Below are positions 34,667-44,612 of a DNA stretch of 64,000 bases, in pieces. The DNA is from a virus. Taxonomy: Duplodnaviria > Caudoviricetes. Position 1 is the first letter of the stretch; every line of letters starts with the position of its first letter. The notes beneath the pieces are model-generated. The model did no database searches. It had not been told where the DNA came from and saw only the letters and a list, made by a program, of their open reading frames with translations. The DNA lies in the IMG/VR virus record IMGVR_UViG_3300037422_000298; one strand, given 5' to 3'. The position numbers were made by a program, and so were the translations under genes.

Positions 34667-36942
34667 ATCTCAACGGCGGTAACGATCTGATCAGCCTCAT
34701 GCCGCGCGAAGACATCCGCGGCGTCGACGACGCGTTCAACGAGATCTTCGATCGCCACAAGATGGATCGTCTTGGCGGCGCCTCCGGTCGCGGCTGGTCG
34801 TCGTACGCGACGTTCCAACGTTGCCCGTATCTCTACAAGGTGACGTACATCGACGGTCAGCGCGGAACGGCCGCGCCTGCACTCGAAACTGGATCGATCT
34901 TCCACACGTTCATGGCACTCCACTATTTGTGGATGCTCGACGAGAACCTCTCGCTCACGCCTGACGTGTGCCGCGAAGAGCTGATGGTCAGCGGCGTTCG
35001 CGTCGAGTCGATCATCGCTGGCTGGCGTTGCTACGACTCGTACCGTATGCACTACGAAGCCGACTATCTGTACCCACTCGCGATCGAGGCGTGGGCTCAA
35101 GGCGATCGCGGCAACACATGCCGCTACGACTTGATCGCGCACATCGAGGAGCCCCAGCCCGGCATCGTGCCCGGCACCTGGATCATCGAGCACAAGTGCC
35201 TCCACGCCGACGAGAAGATCTTCGACTACACGACGGGCGAGCTGCTGACGATCGCCGAGCTGGCCGCACGCAAGCAGGAACCTGTCGTGCTCGCGTACGA
35301 TGAGACGACACGGCGTATGGTCAAGACGCGCGCGGGCGCGCCCACACCGACGACGGTCCGTGACGTCTATGAAGTCGTGCTCGAATCCGGTCGCCGTCTA
35401 CGCACGTCCGATAACCATCCGTTCCTGACCGCGCGTGGCTGGGTACCAGCTGCAGCGCTCACGCGTGAGGACTGGGTCGCGCTCGCGCCATCGACGCGCG
35501 GATGGGAGCAGCTCGGCAAGTACACCGACGCGCAAGTCGAGTTCGTCGGGTTCATGCTCGGCGACGGCTGCATGACCAACGGCAAGTTCACGAACACGAA
35601 CGAGGCGATCCTCGAACGCTTCAAGGACGTCGCGACTACCATCGGCGCCAAGCCGACGCTTCTACGGAGCGAAGATCGCGCTCCGACGGTGACCACTTCG
35701 ACGGCTACCGACGGTCCGGCGCGAGCACTTCTCGACGAGCTTGGGCTGTCAGAGTGTCTCGCCGCGACGAAGTTCGTTCCTGATCAACTCTTGGAGTGTC
35801 CGGATCGCCAAGTCGAGATCCTGCTCGGCGCGCTCTGGAACACGGATGGTTGCGTCGACACGTTCGACGAAATCAAGCTAGGCAGCGACGGGCAGCAACC
35901 GCGCCAAAACAAAATCCGCATCGCGTACGTCTCGCGGAGCCGCGCGCTCTGCGACGGCGTACAGACACTCCTACAGCGTTGCGGCATCCCGTCGACAGTC
36001 ACCGAGTCCTCGGTGGAATACGACGGTGAACGTCGTGACGTCTATACGACGAAGGTCGTGACGCGCGAAGGCAAGCGCCGTTTCCTCAAGGCAATTGTCG
36101 ACGGGCGCATCCCGTTCCTCAAGTACGACATCAAGCCCGCCATCGACATGATCAAGCCCGGCGACGATGCATACGTACCGTCGGCGTACATCAAGCATCA
36201 CGTCCCCATCGAGGACCAGCCTGGTGCGCTGCGGCAGCAACTCAAGAACCGCGCCGTCGAGCGCGAAACGCTCAAGAAGTACTACGACAAGAAGCCGAGC
36301 GAAGCGCTCAAGCGCGTCATCGACGCCGACCTTGCCTGGGACCGCGTGAGTCACGTCGTCGTTAGCGATCGCGCGATGATGTACGACATCACGGTCCCGC
36401 GGGCGCACAACTTCGTCAGCAACGGGATCATCACGCACAACACGGCCTCGCGTTTCACCGCCGACCTCCTCGAAGGCTGGCACAACGACGGCGAAATCTT
36501 GGGCCAGATCATGGTCTGGAAGCAGGCCAAGCTCGACAAGAAGTACGGCAAGCTACGCGGCACGATCGTCAACATCGTCGGCAAGCAGAAGATCCCACAG
36601 TTCCAACGCGTGATCGTCCCGGCGCAACGTTGGCACGTCAGCGGCCACGACGAAGACCTCAAGGTCTGGGCGGCGCTCCAAGAGATGTATCGCGCGACGA
36701 ACACGTGGCCCAAGGCGCGTAACAACTGCGTGCATCGCTACGGGCTGTGTCAACTCTTTCAGCACTGCTCGTCGAATGAAAAACTCACGCCGCTTCGGCA
36801 ACTCGAAAAGGCCGTGAAGTCCGCAAGGTCTGAGCAGTCAGCGATCGCAGCAGCGACTGAGTCGCCGTTGGGACTTGCATCTGTATCGACTCCGAGTGAT
36901 ATGGCAAACGGCGCAGCAGCTGCCGTGACCGAGAGCGAATAA
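34663..36942 (+). CDS. Cas4/RecB-like PD-(D/E)XK exonuclease with intein
   Basis: SSYATFQRCP..GSIFH; RYDLI; IIEHK|T after splicing; C-terminal C..C..C. Confidence 0.8.
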   Translation: MNLNGGNDLISLMPREDIRGVDDAFNEIFDRHKMDRLGGASGRGWSSYATFQRCPYLYKVTYIDGQRGTAAPALETGSIFHTFMALHYLWMLDENLSLTPDVCREELMVSGVRVESIIAGWRCYDSYRMHYEADYLYPLAIEAWAQGDRGNTCRYDLIAHIEEPQPGIVPGTWIIEHKCLHADEKIFDYTTGELLTIAELAARKQEPVVLAYDETTRRMVKTRAGAPTPTTVRDVYEVVLESGRRLRTSDNHPFLTARGWVPAAALTREDWVALAPSTRGWEQLGKYTDAQVEFVGFMLGDGCMTNGKFTNTNEAILERFKDVATTIGAKPTLLRSEDRAPTVTTSTATDGPARALLDELGLSECLAATKFVPDQLLECPDRQVEILLGALWNTDGCVDTFDEIKLGSDGQQPRQNKIRIAYVSRSRALCDGVQTLLQRCGIPSTVTESSVEYDGERRDVYTTKVVTREGKRRFLKAIVDGRIPFLKYDIKPAIDMIKPGDDAYVPSAYIKHHVPIEDQPGALRQQLKNRAVERETLKKYYDKKPSEALKRVIDADLAWDRVSHVVVSDRAMMYDITVPRAHNFVSNGIITHNTASRFTADLLEGWHNDGEILGQIMVWKQAKLDKKYGKLRGTIVNIVGKQKIPQFQRVIVPAQRWHVSGHDEDLKVWAALQEMYRATNTWPKARNNCVHRYGLCQLFQHCSSNEKLTPLRQLEKAVKSARSEQSAIAAATESPLGLASVSTPSDMANGAAAAVTESE
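35197..36441 (+). mobile_element. Intein (415 aa) with LAGLIDADG homing endonuclease
   Basis: Starts CLHAD; TSDNHPFLT; GFMLGDG; GALWNTDG; ends ITHN followed by Thr. Confidence 0.9.
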
Positions 36943-36968
36943 CAAACCAAAGAGCAGGGAGAGCAAGC

Positions 36969-37856
36969 ATGCGCGTCATAGATGTATCAAAACCGGAGAA
37001 GCTGCAGCGGATCACCGCGCTGTCTTACGGCGCATCCCGCAGTGGCAAAACGCGCTTCGCGGGCAGTTGGCCACGGCCGCTGTTTCTCGCCGACGCGACC
37101 GAATCCGGCTGGACCACGCTGAGCAACATGGATCCAGCGATCCTGTTCGAGGCAGGTCGCGCACCGACTGTGTGGGCGATCGAGAAGGTCCAAGACATGT
37201 TTCAGGCGATCAAGGACAGCGAGCCGCTACTCAAACGCGGCGACGTCCACACGATCGTCATCGACTCGCTCACGTTCTACTCGGATCTGTTCTTCAACTA
37301 CGCCGAGCGCGTCGGCGGCGTGAAAGATCCGCGACAGCTCTACCAGAAGCTCGCCGCGCACCTCAAGGAGCTGCGCGAGCAGGTTCACCTACTCGGCTGC
37401 AACGTCGTGTGGCTCTGCCTCGCCAAGGATCCGGGCGAAGAGCAGCCGGTCGGCGGTCCGATGCTGTCGGGGCAGAACGCGGCGAAGTTCGCCGCGGGAT
37501 GCGACTACGTGCTCTACCACCGGAGCCACCAACAGACGTCGACGTCGCCGCTGCAGTGGGAAATCCGTACGAGGAAGTACCAGAACTACGCGGCGGGCGG
37601 TCGCGATGAAGGACGCCTTCCCGATCCGCTCGGCTACGTCACGAGCACCGACGAAGGGAAAGAACTGTTCGTTCCCGACTGCACGTACCGCACGCTCGCC
37701 GAGTCGCTCGGCATTATTCAGCCAGTCGCTGTTGCGACTGCACCAGTCGAAACAGTCGCTCCAGCGACTGCGTCGGCTCCCAACGGTAAGGGCACGACCT
37801 CATCGCGCCCGACACCGTCATCCGCTGCTCAACCGGGGCGATCCACGCCCCGGTAG
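36969..37856 (+). CDS. AAA_24/Sak4-like ATPase (ssDNA annealing/recombination)
   Basis: YGASRSGKT; TIVIDSLT; between exonuclease and SSB. Confidence 0.8.
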   Translation: MRVIDVSKPEKLQRITALSYGASRSGKTRFAGSWPRPLFLADATESGWTTLSNMDPAILFEAGRAPTVWAIEKVQDMFQAIKDSEPLLKRGDVHTIVIDSLTFYSDLFFNYAERVGGVKDPRQLYQKLAAHLKELREQVHLLGCNVVWLCLAKDPGEEQPVGGPMLSGQNAAKFAAGCDYVLYHRSHQQTSTSPLQWEIRTRKYQNYAAGGRDEGRLPDPLGYVTSTDEGKELFVPDCTYRTLAESLGIIQPVAVATAPVETVAPATASAPNGKGTTSSRPTPSSAAQPGRSTPR

Positions 37857-37890
37857 CTGTAACCGCAACCAAAGCTAGGGAGAGAGTCAA

Positions 37891-38484
37891 ATGGCAGAGT
37901 ACGTCGATCTCATCAGCATGAACCTGAACGACCCGAACCTCCGTCCGAACGACGGCGGGTTCCAGGCTGTCGAGCCCGGAACCTACGAGTTCGAGATCGA
38001 GAAGCAGGCGACCGGCACCAGCAACGCTGGCAACAACGTCCTGAAGATCACCGGTCGCGTCGTCGGCCCCGAGGGCAACCCGATGATGGGTCGCACGATG
38101 GTGAACCCGTACACCATCCAAGACACCGACTTCGCGCGCGGTCGCATGTTGTCGTTCCTCAATGGCTGCGGCGCACCGATCGATCAGAACGGCTCGTTCT
38201 CGCGCGACGCGCTCGTCGGACTTCGCTTCGAGGCGGATGTCGAGAAGCGCGCGGGCACGACCGTCGACAAGATGGGCAACGAGGTGAGCCGCGACTTCAC
38301 ATCGTGGGTTCGCGAGCGCCCGGTGGGCAGTGGCCCCGCTGTCGTCGTGCCGCAGCAAACGCAGCAGCAGCAGACGCAGCAGGCCGCACCGCCGAAGGCG
38401 CCCGCGAACACCTCGACGGGCAACGCTCCGCGTCGTCCGCAGGCGCCGCCCAACGGCAACGGTCAGCGTCGTCCGCAGCAGTAG
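37891..38484 (+). CDS. DUF669-like ssDNA-binding protein
   Basis: EPGTYEFEI..SNAGN; Q/P-rich tail; SD GGGAG. Confidence 0.75.
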   Translation: MAEYVDLISMNLNDPNLRPNDGGFQAVEPGTYEFEIEKQATGTSNAGNNVLKITGRVVGPEGNPMMGRTMVNPYTIQDTDFARGRMLSFLNGCGAPIDQNGSFSRDALVGLRFEADVEKRAGTTVDKMGNEVSRDFTSWVRERPVGSGPAVVVPQQTQQQQTQQAAPPKAPANTSTGNAPRRPQAPPNGNGQRRPQQ

Positions 38485-38629
38485 TTCAGGCTCACGCCGC
38501 AATCAAACCGATCATGCGCACACGTGTGGTCGGCCCGCGGGCTCGTAAGAGTGCAACGTAGGTTCGAACCTGCGCCGCGGACTTCGTCGTCTCAAGACCA
38601 AAACCAACCGCACCAGGAGTGCAGTTCCG

Positions 38630-41600
38630 ATGATCGAACCCTCACTGACCGAGATCTCGCAGAGCATCCTCGCCAAGCGGTATCTGATCCGCAACGCACA
38701 GAAGGAAGTCGTCGAGACCCCGAAGGGTCTTTTTCAACGTGTCGCCAGGGCTATCGCATCCGTCGAGCAGGGTCCTGCCGAGCGCGAGAAGTGGGAATCG
38801 ATCTACTACACGATGATGGCCTCGTGCGACTTCGAGCCGAACACGCCGTGCCTCGTCAACGCGGGTCGTCCTGACGGCACCGGCCAGCTCAGCGCGTGTT
38901 TCGTGATCCCGGTGCACGACTCGATGGACGGCATCTTCACCGCACTGCACCACGCCGCGATGATCTTCAAGAGCGGCGGCGGCGTCGGCTACTCGTTCTC
39001 GCGCCTTCGCCCCGAGGGCGACTTCGTCGCCAGCACCTCTGGCATCGCGTCGGGACCGTGCTCGTTCATGGAAGTCTTCGACTTCGCCACCGAGCGCATC
39101 AAGCAAGGTGGTGTGCGCCGCGGCGCGAACATGGGCATCCTGCGCATCGATCACCCCGACATCCTGCGGTTCATTCGACTCAAGCAGGATTCTGCGAAGA
39201 TGCAGAACTTCAACGTGTCGGTCGCGATCACCGACGCGTTCATGCTCGCGCTCGAAGCGGGCAAGGACTACGACCTCGTGCATCCGACGAGTGGCAACGT
39301 CGTCGGGCAGCTGAACGCGCCGACCGTGTGGCGCGAGATCGTTCACTGTGCACACGTGATCGGCGACCCGGGGCTGTTCTTCATCGATCGCGTGAACGCT
39401 GCCGATCCATTGAGCGCTGCGCTCGGTCCGATCGAAGCAACTAACCCTTGCGGCGAGGTGCCGCTTCGTCCCTTCGACGCGTGCTGCCTCGGTTCGATCA
39501 ACCTCGCGAAGTTCTACGTCGAGAAGCAGAACGGCAACGCGCGACACAGCAACGTGACGCTGCGCCACGGGTCGATCGATTTCGATCGGCTGCAGAAGAC
39601 CGTCACGAACAGCGTGCGCTTCCTCGACAACATGCTGTCGATCAACAGGTACCCGATCCCCGAGATCGCAGATGTCACTTCGAAGTGTCGCAAGATCGGC
39701 CTCGGTGCGATGGGCTGGGCCGATCTTCTGATCCAGCTCGGCATTCCGTACGGTTCACCCGAAGCGCGTGAGCTGGGCGGTCACGTACAGAAGCTCGTCA
39801 ACGGTTGGGCCGTCGATGCGAGCGAAGGCCTCGCCGAGGAGCGCGGCCCGTTCCACTACTGGGACGTCTCCACGTGGAAGAAGAATGGCGACAAGCCGCG
39901 CCGTCACTCAACGGTCTCCGTGATCGCGCCAACTGGAACGATCAGCATGATCGCCGGTTGTTCGTCGGGCATCGAGCCGCTGTATGCGCTTTCGATGACG
40001 CGCGAGCAAGCAGGACTGTCACTTCAAGAAGTCAGCCCGCTCGTCGAGAAGATCGCCAAGCGCGAAGGTTTCTGGTCGGATCAGCTCGCCGAGAGCGTTC
40101 GCCAAACGGGCTCGCTCAAGACCGCCCCCGGCGTCCCGGATCACTGGCGCGCAGTGTTCGCGACCGCGAACGAGCTGGACATGGAAGCCCACGTCGGCAT
40201 GCAGGCCGCGTTTCAAGCACACGTCGAGGACGGTGTCAGCAAGTGCCTCGCGGCAGGTACGCTGCTGCCGACATCGCGTGGCCTCATGCGCATCGAGGAC
40301 TTCTCGACCGTCGAAAGCGACGACACGTTTGTCGCACTCGATGGCAGCATCACGACCGGAGGTCATCGCATCGTGCAGCACTACCGTGCGGGGCTCAAAC
40401 CGTCGACGCGTGTCGTGTTCGACAGCGGCGCGCAGCTCGTCGGAGCGACAGCCTCACATCGCGTGATGACGATCGACGGCTGGAAGCTCATGAGTGAGCT
40501 ACGTCCCGGCGACAAGGTCATTGGACGGTTCGAGGAGTCACACAGCGCGGGCAGCGAGCCGCTCGACGGTGACGACACGTGGCGCACCAACGCCAAACAG
40601 ATTCCGTTCCCGAAATACATGAGTCCGAGCCTTGCCGAGTGGCTCGGCATGTTGTGCGCCGACGGACACATCATCGAGTCGACAGGTAACGTCGGTCTCA
40701 CGTGCGCAAACGATATCGTCGAACAACGCTTCATCGATCTGTCGCAGCTTCTCTTCGACATCACGCCGCGCGTGACGCGCGACGACCGTACCGAGAACGT
40801 TCGCTACGTCTCAATCACGTCTCGCAATCTCGTTCGGCGCGTGCATAGCCTCATCGGTTCTGGCGCGTACGGCAAGCACGCGCCAGACGCGATCCTTCGC
40901 GGCAGCTCGATCGAGAAGCGCGCGTTCCTTCGTGGCATCACGCTCGATGGATTCATCACGGACGATCACGGCCTCTGTGTCTATGGCGGCATGTCTGAGA
41001 CGCTTGCGTACCACGTCGCGGAGATCTGTCGTAGCTTCGGCTTGCCGAAGGTCTACCAAGGTTCGAAGACGGTCGTTGGCGCATCGTTGCCAGGGGCACG
41101 CTGCTACAACGTCTACGTCAGCGGTCTAATGCAGGCGCAGATCGACTGCGTCGAGCCACACAAGAACCGCGCGCCAGCCGACGTCTCGTGGTCAGTGCAC
41201 GTCGATCGCGAGATGGTCGAACGTACGACGGTTCCCGTCGACCACCCCAACTACGGCGCGCTGCGCAGCCTCAAGCAGGACACCTCACGGCGGTACTGCA
41301 CAAGCCGTGTCGCTGAAGTGTTCAGCTGGCCGACTGATCGGATCGTTCTGACGGCTCGGTCTGTCGAAGACGCCGGGCTGGTCGAGCTATACGACGTCGA
41401 GGTCGAGCATTCACACGAGTACGTCGTCAACGGTGTGGTCTCGCACAACACTGTCAACCTGCGTAACGCGGCAACCGAGACGGACGTCGAACAGGCGTAT
41501 CTCGCGGCATGGCAGAAAGGCTGCAAGGGCATCACCGTCTATCGCGACGGTTGTCGAAGCGGTCAAGTGCTCACGGCCGGTGTTGCTGTCAAGCCTGCCG

Positions 41601-42235
41601 AAGTGAACACACCGAGTGCAGTTCCTGTCGGCACGCCGCTCTTTCCTGCCGTCAAGCGTCGCGTTCCCGCCAGCGGCATTCGAGGCGGTGTGACGCTCAC
41701 CAAGTCCACGCCGTACGGTTCTGTTCACATGACACTCAACAACCACCCCGACGACGGCAAGCCGTTCGAGCTGTTCGTGCGCGTCGGCAAGAGTGGCTCG
41801 GAAGTCATGGCGTGGGCTGAAGCGTTCGGACGCGTCGTCAGCTACACGCTGTCGATTCCGTCGCCGTTCTCGCCGCAAGCACGCCTCGAAGAGATCGCGC
41901 GTCAGCTGGAGAACATCGGCGGCGGCGACGTCTGGGTCGCTGGCCAAGAACGCGTCGTATCGGCGCCCGACGCGATCGCGAAAATGCTGTTGCACTACCT
42001 CCAACACGGAGTCCAGCCCGTCGTGGTGTTGCCGCCGAGTGCGCCGTCGATTCCGGTCGTCGTGTCGACACCCGTAGCAGCGCTCGCTGCAGGTAGTGAC
42101 GTCGTTCCTGTGCAGGCGACGGGACGCGCAAAGTCGAGATCGCTGAGCGACCTGTGCCCAGCCTGCGGCAAGGCAACGTTCACGTACCAACAACGCTGCG
42201 GGCTCTGCACCAACTGTGGGCACTCCAAGTGCTGA
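38630..42235 (+). CDS. nrdJ: Class II (B12-dependent) ribonucleotide reductase with intein and C-terminal Zn-ribbon
   Basis: PNTPCLVNAG; QLSACFV; RRGANMG; TNPCGE; IAPTGTIS; SK|TVNL; KGITVYRDG. Confidence 0.95.
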   Translation: MIEPSLTEISQSILAKRYLIRNAQKEVVETPKGLFQRVARAIASVEQGPAEREKWESIYYTMMASCDFEPNTPCLVNAGRPDGTGQLSACFVIPVHDSMDGIFTALHHAAMIFKSGGGVGYSFSRLRPEGDFVASTSGIASGPCSFMEVFDFATERIKQGGVRRGANMGILRIDHPDILRFIRLKQDSAKMQNFNVSVAITDAFMLALEAGKDYDLVHPTSGNVVGQLNAPTVWREIVHCAHVIGDPGLFFIDRVNAADPLSAALGPIEATNPCGEVPLRPFDACCLGSINLAKFYVEKQNGNARHSNVTLRHGSIDFDRLQKTVTNSVRFLDNMLSINRYPIPEIADVTSKCRKIGLGAMGWADLLIQLGIPYGSPEARELGGHVQKLVNGWAVDASEGLAEERGPFHYWDVSTWKKNGDKPRRHSTVSVIAPTGTISMIAGCSSGIEPLYALSMTREQAGLSLQEVSPLVEKIAKREGFWSDQLAESVRQTGSLKTAPGVPDHWRAVFATANELDMEAHVGMQAAFQAHVEDGVSKCLAAGTLLPTSRGLMRIEDFSTVESDDTFVALDGSITTGGHRIVQHYRAGLKPSTRVVFDSGAQLVGATASHRVMTIDGWKLMSELRPGDKVIGRFEESHSAGSEPLDGDDTWRTNAKQIPFPKYMSPSLAEWLGMLCADGHIIESTGNVGLTCANDIVEQRFIDLSQLLFDITPRVTRDDRTENVRYVSITSRNLVRRVHSLIGSGAYGKHAPDAILRGSSIEKRAFLRGITLDGFITDDHGLCVYGGMSETLAYHVAEICRSFGLPKVYQGSKTVVGASLPGARCYNVYVSGLMQAQIDCVEPHKNRAPADVSWSVHVDREMVERTTVPVDHPNYGALRSLKQDTSRRYCTSRVAEVFSWPTDRIVLTARSVEDAGLVELYDVEVEHSHEYVVNGVVSHNTVNLRNAATETDVEQAYLAAWQKGCKGITVYRDGCRSGQVLTAGVAVKPAEVNTPSAVPVGTPLFPAVKRRVPASGIRGGVTLTKSTPYGSVHMTLNNHPDDGKPFELFVRVGKSGSEVMAWAEAFGRVVSYTLSIPSPFSPQARLEEIARQLENIGGGDVWVAGQERVVSAPDAIAKMLLHYLQHGVQPVVVLPPSAPSIPVVVSTPVAALAAGSDVVPVQATGRAKSRSLSDLCPACGKATFTYQQRCGLCTNCGHSKC
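40244..41449 (+). mobile_element. Intein (402 aa) with LAGLIDADG-like endonuclease
   Basis: Starts CLAAG; ATASHRV; GMLCADG; GITLDG; ends VSHN followed by Thr. Confidence 0.9.
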
Positions 42236-42254
42236 GCTGAAAGGATCGAAGACC

Positions 42255-42797
42255 ATGCAGAACGGAAAGCATCACGTGATCGCTCGCGAGCCCTTCTCGC
42301 GTAGCGGTGAAGTCGTCGTCCGTGCGCCGCGCAAGGACGACGGCATCCCCAACAAGGGCTACGTCATCCCCGACAAAGCCAGCACGCACAGCATGGATCG
42401 GGACTTCGAAGTCACGCACCTCACGTTCAAGCTCACTGCGCTCGCTGAAGGTGCGGTGACCGATCCGCAACCGACCGTGCTCGATCGGCTGATCCAGATC
42501 CATCTGCTGAGCAATCACAACATGCAGATCATCGGCAACGCCGTGCCGTTGCAGGCTGTCGACGGCGGGAGCGTCTTCTGCTGGGCACCCGAGAAGCCCG
42601 TAACGATGCGGCGAGGCGACGCGTGGACGGTCTCGATCGACGGTCGCGAGTCGTTCGACATCGCGTTCGATGGTCAGCGCAAGCGCATCGACGCGATTCG
42701 TGTCGAGGTCACGTTCGAGGGTGAGCTGCTCACGTACGGCACGCCCGAACACGTCGTCGAACCAGCACGCGACGGCGTTGAATCCCCACTGGGGTAG
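42255..42797 (+). CDS. Beta-rich hypothetical protein (possible jelly-roll fold)
   Basis: Alternating strands FEVTHLTF, PVTMRRGDAWTVSI, IRVEVTFEGEL. Confidence 0.6.
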   Translation: MQNGKHHVIAREPFSRSGEVVVRAPRKDDGIPNKGYVIPDKASTHSMDRDFEVTHLTFKLTALAEGAVTDPQPTVLDRLIQIHLLSNHNMQIIGNAVPLQAVDGGSVFCWAPEKPVTMRRGDAWTVSIDGRESFDIAFDGQRKRIDAIRVEVTFEGELLTYGTPEHVVEPARDGVESPLG

Positions 42798-42848
42798 CAC
42801 AACCGCGCCGTGAGTTACGGCGCATAACCTCGTCATTAGGGAGACGAG

Positions 42849-44612
42849 ATGCCGCGACAGAATCCGTCATTAGGAACCGACTGCCCGATCGATGTCGATA
42901 AGCTGATCGAGTCGAAGCTCTTGATCCAAGCCAACAGTGGTGCGGGCAAGAGCTGGGCGATTCGGCGTCTCGCCGAACAAACGTATGGGCACGCGCAGCA
43001 GATCATCATCGACCCCGACGGCGAGTACTACACGCTGCGCGAGAAGTTCGACTTCGTGCTCGCTCGTAAGGGCGGCGAAGCGCCCGTCGACATCAAGAGT
43101 GCTGCGTTGCTCGCGCGGCGGCTCCTAGAGCTGAACGTCTCGGCGGTCGTCGACATCTACGAGTTGGGTACTCAGCGCGCCGAATTCGTCAAGCGCTTCC
43201 TCGACGCGCTAGTGAACGCACCCCGCGATCTCTGGCACTCGTGTCTCGTCATTCTCGACGAGGCGCACATGTTCTGTCCCGAGGTCGGCAGCGCCGTCAG
43301 CTCCGACGCCGTCAAGAATCTGATGGCGCTCGGGCGCAAGCGCGGCTTTGCTGGCGTGCTCGCGACGCAGCGAATCGCGAAGCTGTCCAAGGATGCAGCA
43401 GCAGAAACCAACAACAAGCTGATCGGCCGATCAGCGCTCGATGTCGACATGAAGCGCGCCGCCGACGAGTTGGGGTTTGCTGCGAAAGAAGATCGTCAAG
43501 GACTGCGCAAGCTGCAATCGGGACAGTTCTATGCGTTCGGCCCGGCGATCTCCGACGAGGTTCGCTTGATCAAAGTCGGCCCGGTGCAGACAACGCACCT
43601 GCGTGCCGGTCAGCGAACGGCGCCCGCAACGCCACCGCGCGAGCGCGTCAAGAAAGTCCTCGCGCAGCTCGCGGACCTGCCGCACGAGGCCGACGAAGAA
43701 GCGAAGTCGATCAACGAGCTGCGCACGCAGGTCAAGCAGCTCAAGGGCGAGCTGACGCGCGCCAAAGCTGCGCAACCGAAGACCGAGACCAAGATCGAGA
43801 CGAAGATCGTCGAGAAGCCGATGGTCAAAGCTGCTGACCTGAAGCGTCTCGAAGCACTGCTCAAGCGCGCGGAGACAGCTGGCGGCGGCTTTCTCGCGCT
43901 CGACAAGAAGTTCTACACGATGCTGGAGAGCTTTGGGAGGACCGTCGGCGATTGGCACAGCGCGCTCACAACGCTCAACCTTGCCGTCAACATCGTACGC
44001 AATCCGACGCCGTCGAAGGCAAACCCGATCGTCCTGCCTGTGAAACAGCCGACGAAGCCACCGAAGGGCTTCATGCTCAAGCATCTGCCCCAACCGCTGC
44101 CCAAGACGACACCGCCGAAGCCGACAAATGGCCACACCAACGGCGAGATCAAGATCCCGAAAGGCGAAGCGGCCGTGCTACGTGCCGCGATCCAGTTCAC
44201 TGACGGTCTCTACAAGAAGCAGCTGACCGTGCTCACGAGCTACAAACGCTCGACGCGCGACGCGTACATCCAGCGACTGCGCGAGAAGGGCTTGGTCGTC
44301 GAACAAGGCGACAAGATCTTCGCGACCGACGAAGGTCGCGCAGCGATGCCGAATGCCGAGCCACTGCCAACCGGCGAGGCGCTGCGAGAATTCTGGTATC
44401 GCGAGCTGCCGAGTGGCGAGTGTCAGATCCTGAAGATGCTCGTCGATGTCTATCCCGAGGGCGTTCTGAAGCCGACGATCGACGAGGTGACGGGCTTCAA
44501 ACGCTCGACGCGCGATGCGTACCTACTGCGTCTCGGCGCGAAAGAGCTGGTCGTTGAATGCGGCGTGGCGGAGGTGACTGCAAGTCCGACGCTGTTCGAG
44601 GTCGATGCGTGA
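42849..44612 (+). CDS. HerA/FtsK-like ATPase (DUF87) with coiled coil and tandem C-terminal wHTH
   Basis: QANSGAGKS; IDPDGEY; LDEAH; GRKRG..ATQR; KRSTRDAY occurs twice. Confidence 0.85.
   Translation: MPRQNPSLGTDCPIDVDKLIESKLLIQANSGAGKSWAIRRLAEQTYGHAQQIIIDPDGEYYTLREKFDFVLARKGGEAPVDIKSAALLARRLLELNVSAVVDIYELGTQRAEFVKRFLDALVNAPRDLWHSCLVILDEAHMFCPEVGSAVSSDAVKNLMALGRKRGFAGVLATQRIAKLSKDAAAETNNKLIGRSALDVDMKRAADELGFAAKEDRQGLRKLQSGQFYAFGPAISDEVRLIKVGPVQTTHLRAGQRTAPATPPRERVKKVLAQLADLPHEADEEAKSINELRTQVKQLKGELTRAKAAQPKTETKIETKIVEKPMVKAADLKRLEALLKRAETAGGGFLALDKKFYTMLESFGRTVGDWHSALTTLNLAVNIVRNPTPSKANPIVLPVKQPTKPPKGFMLKHLPQPLPKTTPPKPTNGHTNGEIKIPKGEAAVLRAAIQFTDGLYKKQLTVLTSYKRSTRDAYIQRLREKGLVVEQGDKIFATDEGRAAMPNAEPLPTGEALREFWYRELPSGECQILKMLVDVYPEGVLKPTIDEVTGFKRSTRDAYLLRLGAKELVVECGVAEVTASPTLFEVDA

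Noticed and set aside
34663-36942. Cas4 as evidence of a CRISPR-Cas system
   Set aside because: No other cas genes or array; context is a phage recombination module
42849-44612. HerA as part of an anti-phage defence system (Sir2-HerA/NurA)
   Set aside because: No recognisable partner gene adjacent; embedded in a viral replication operon
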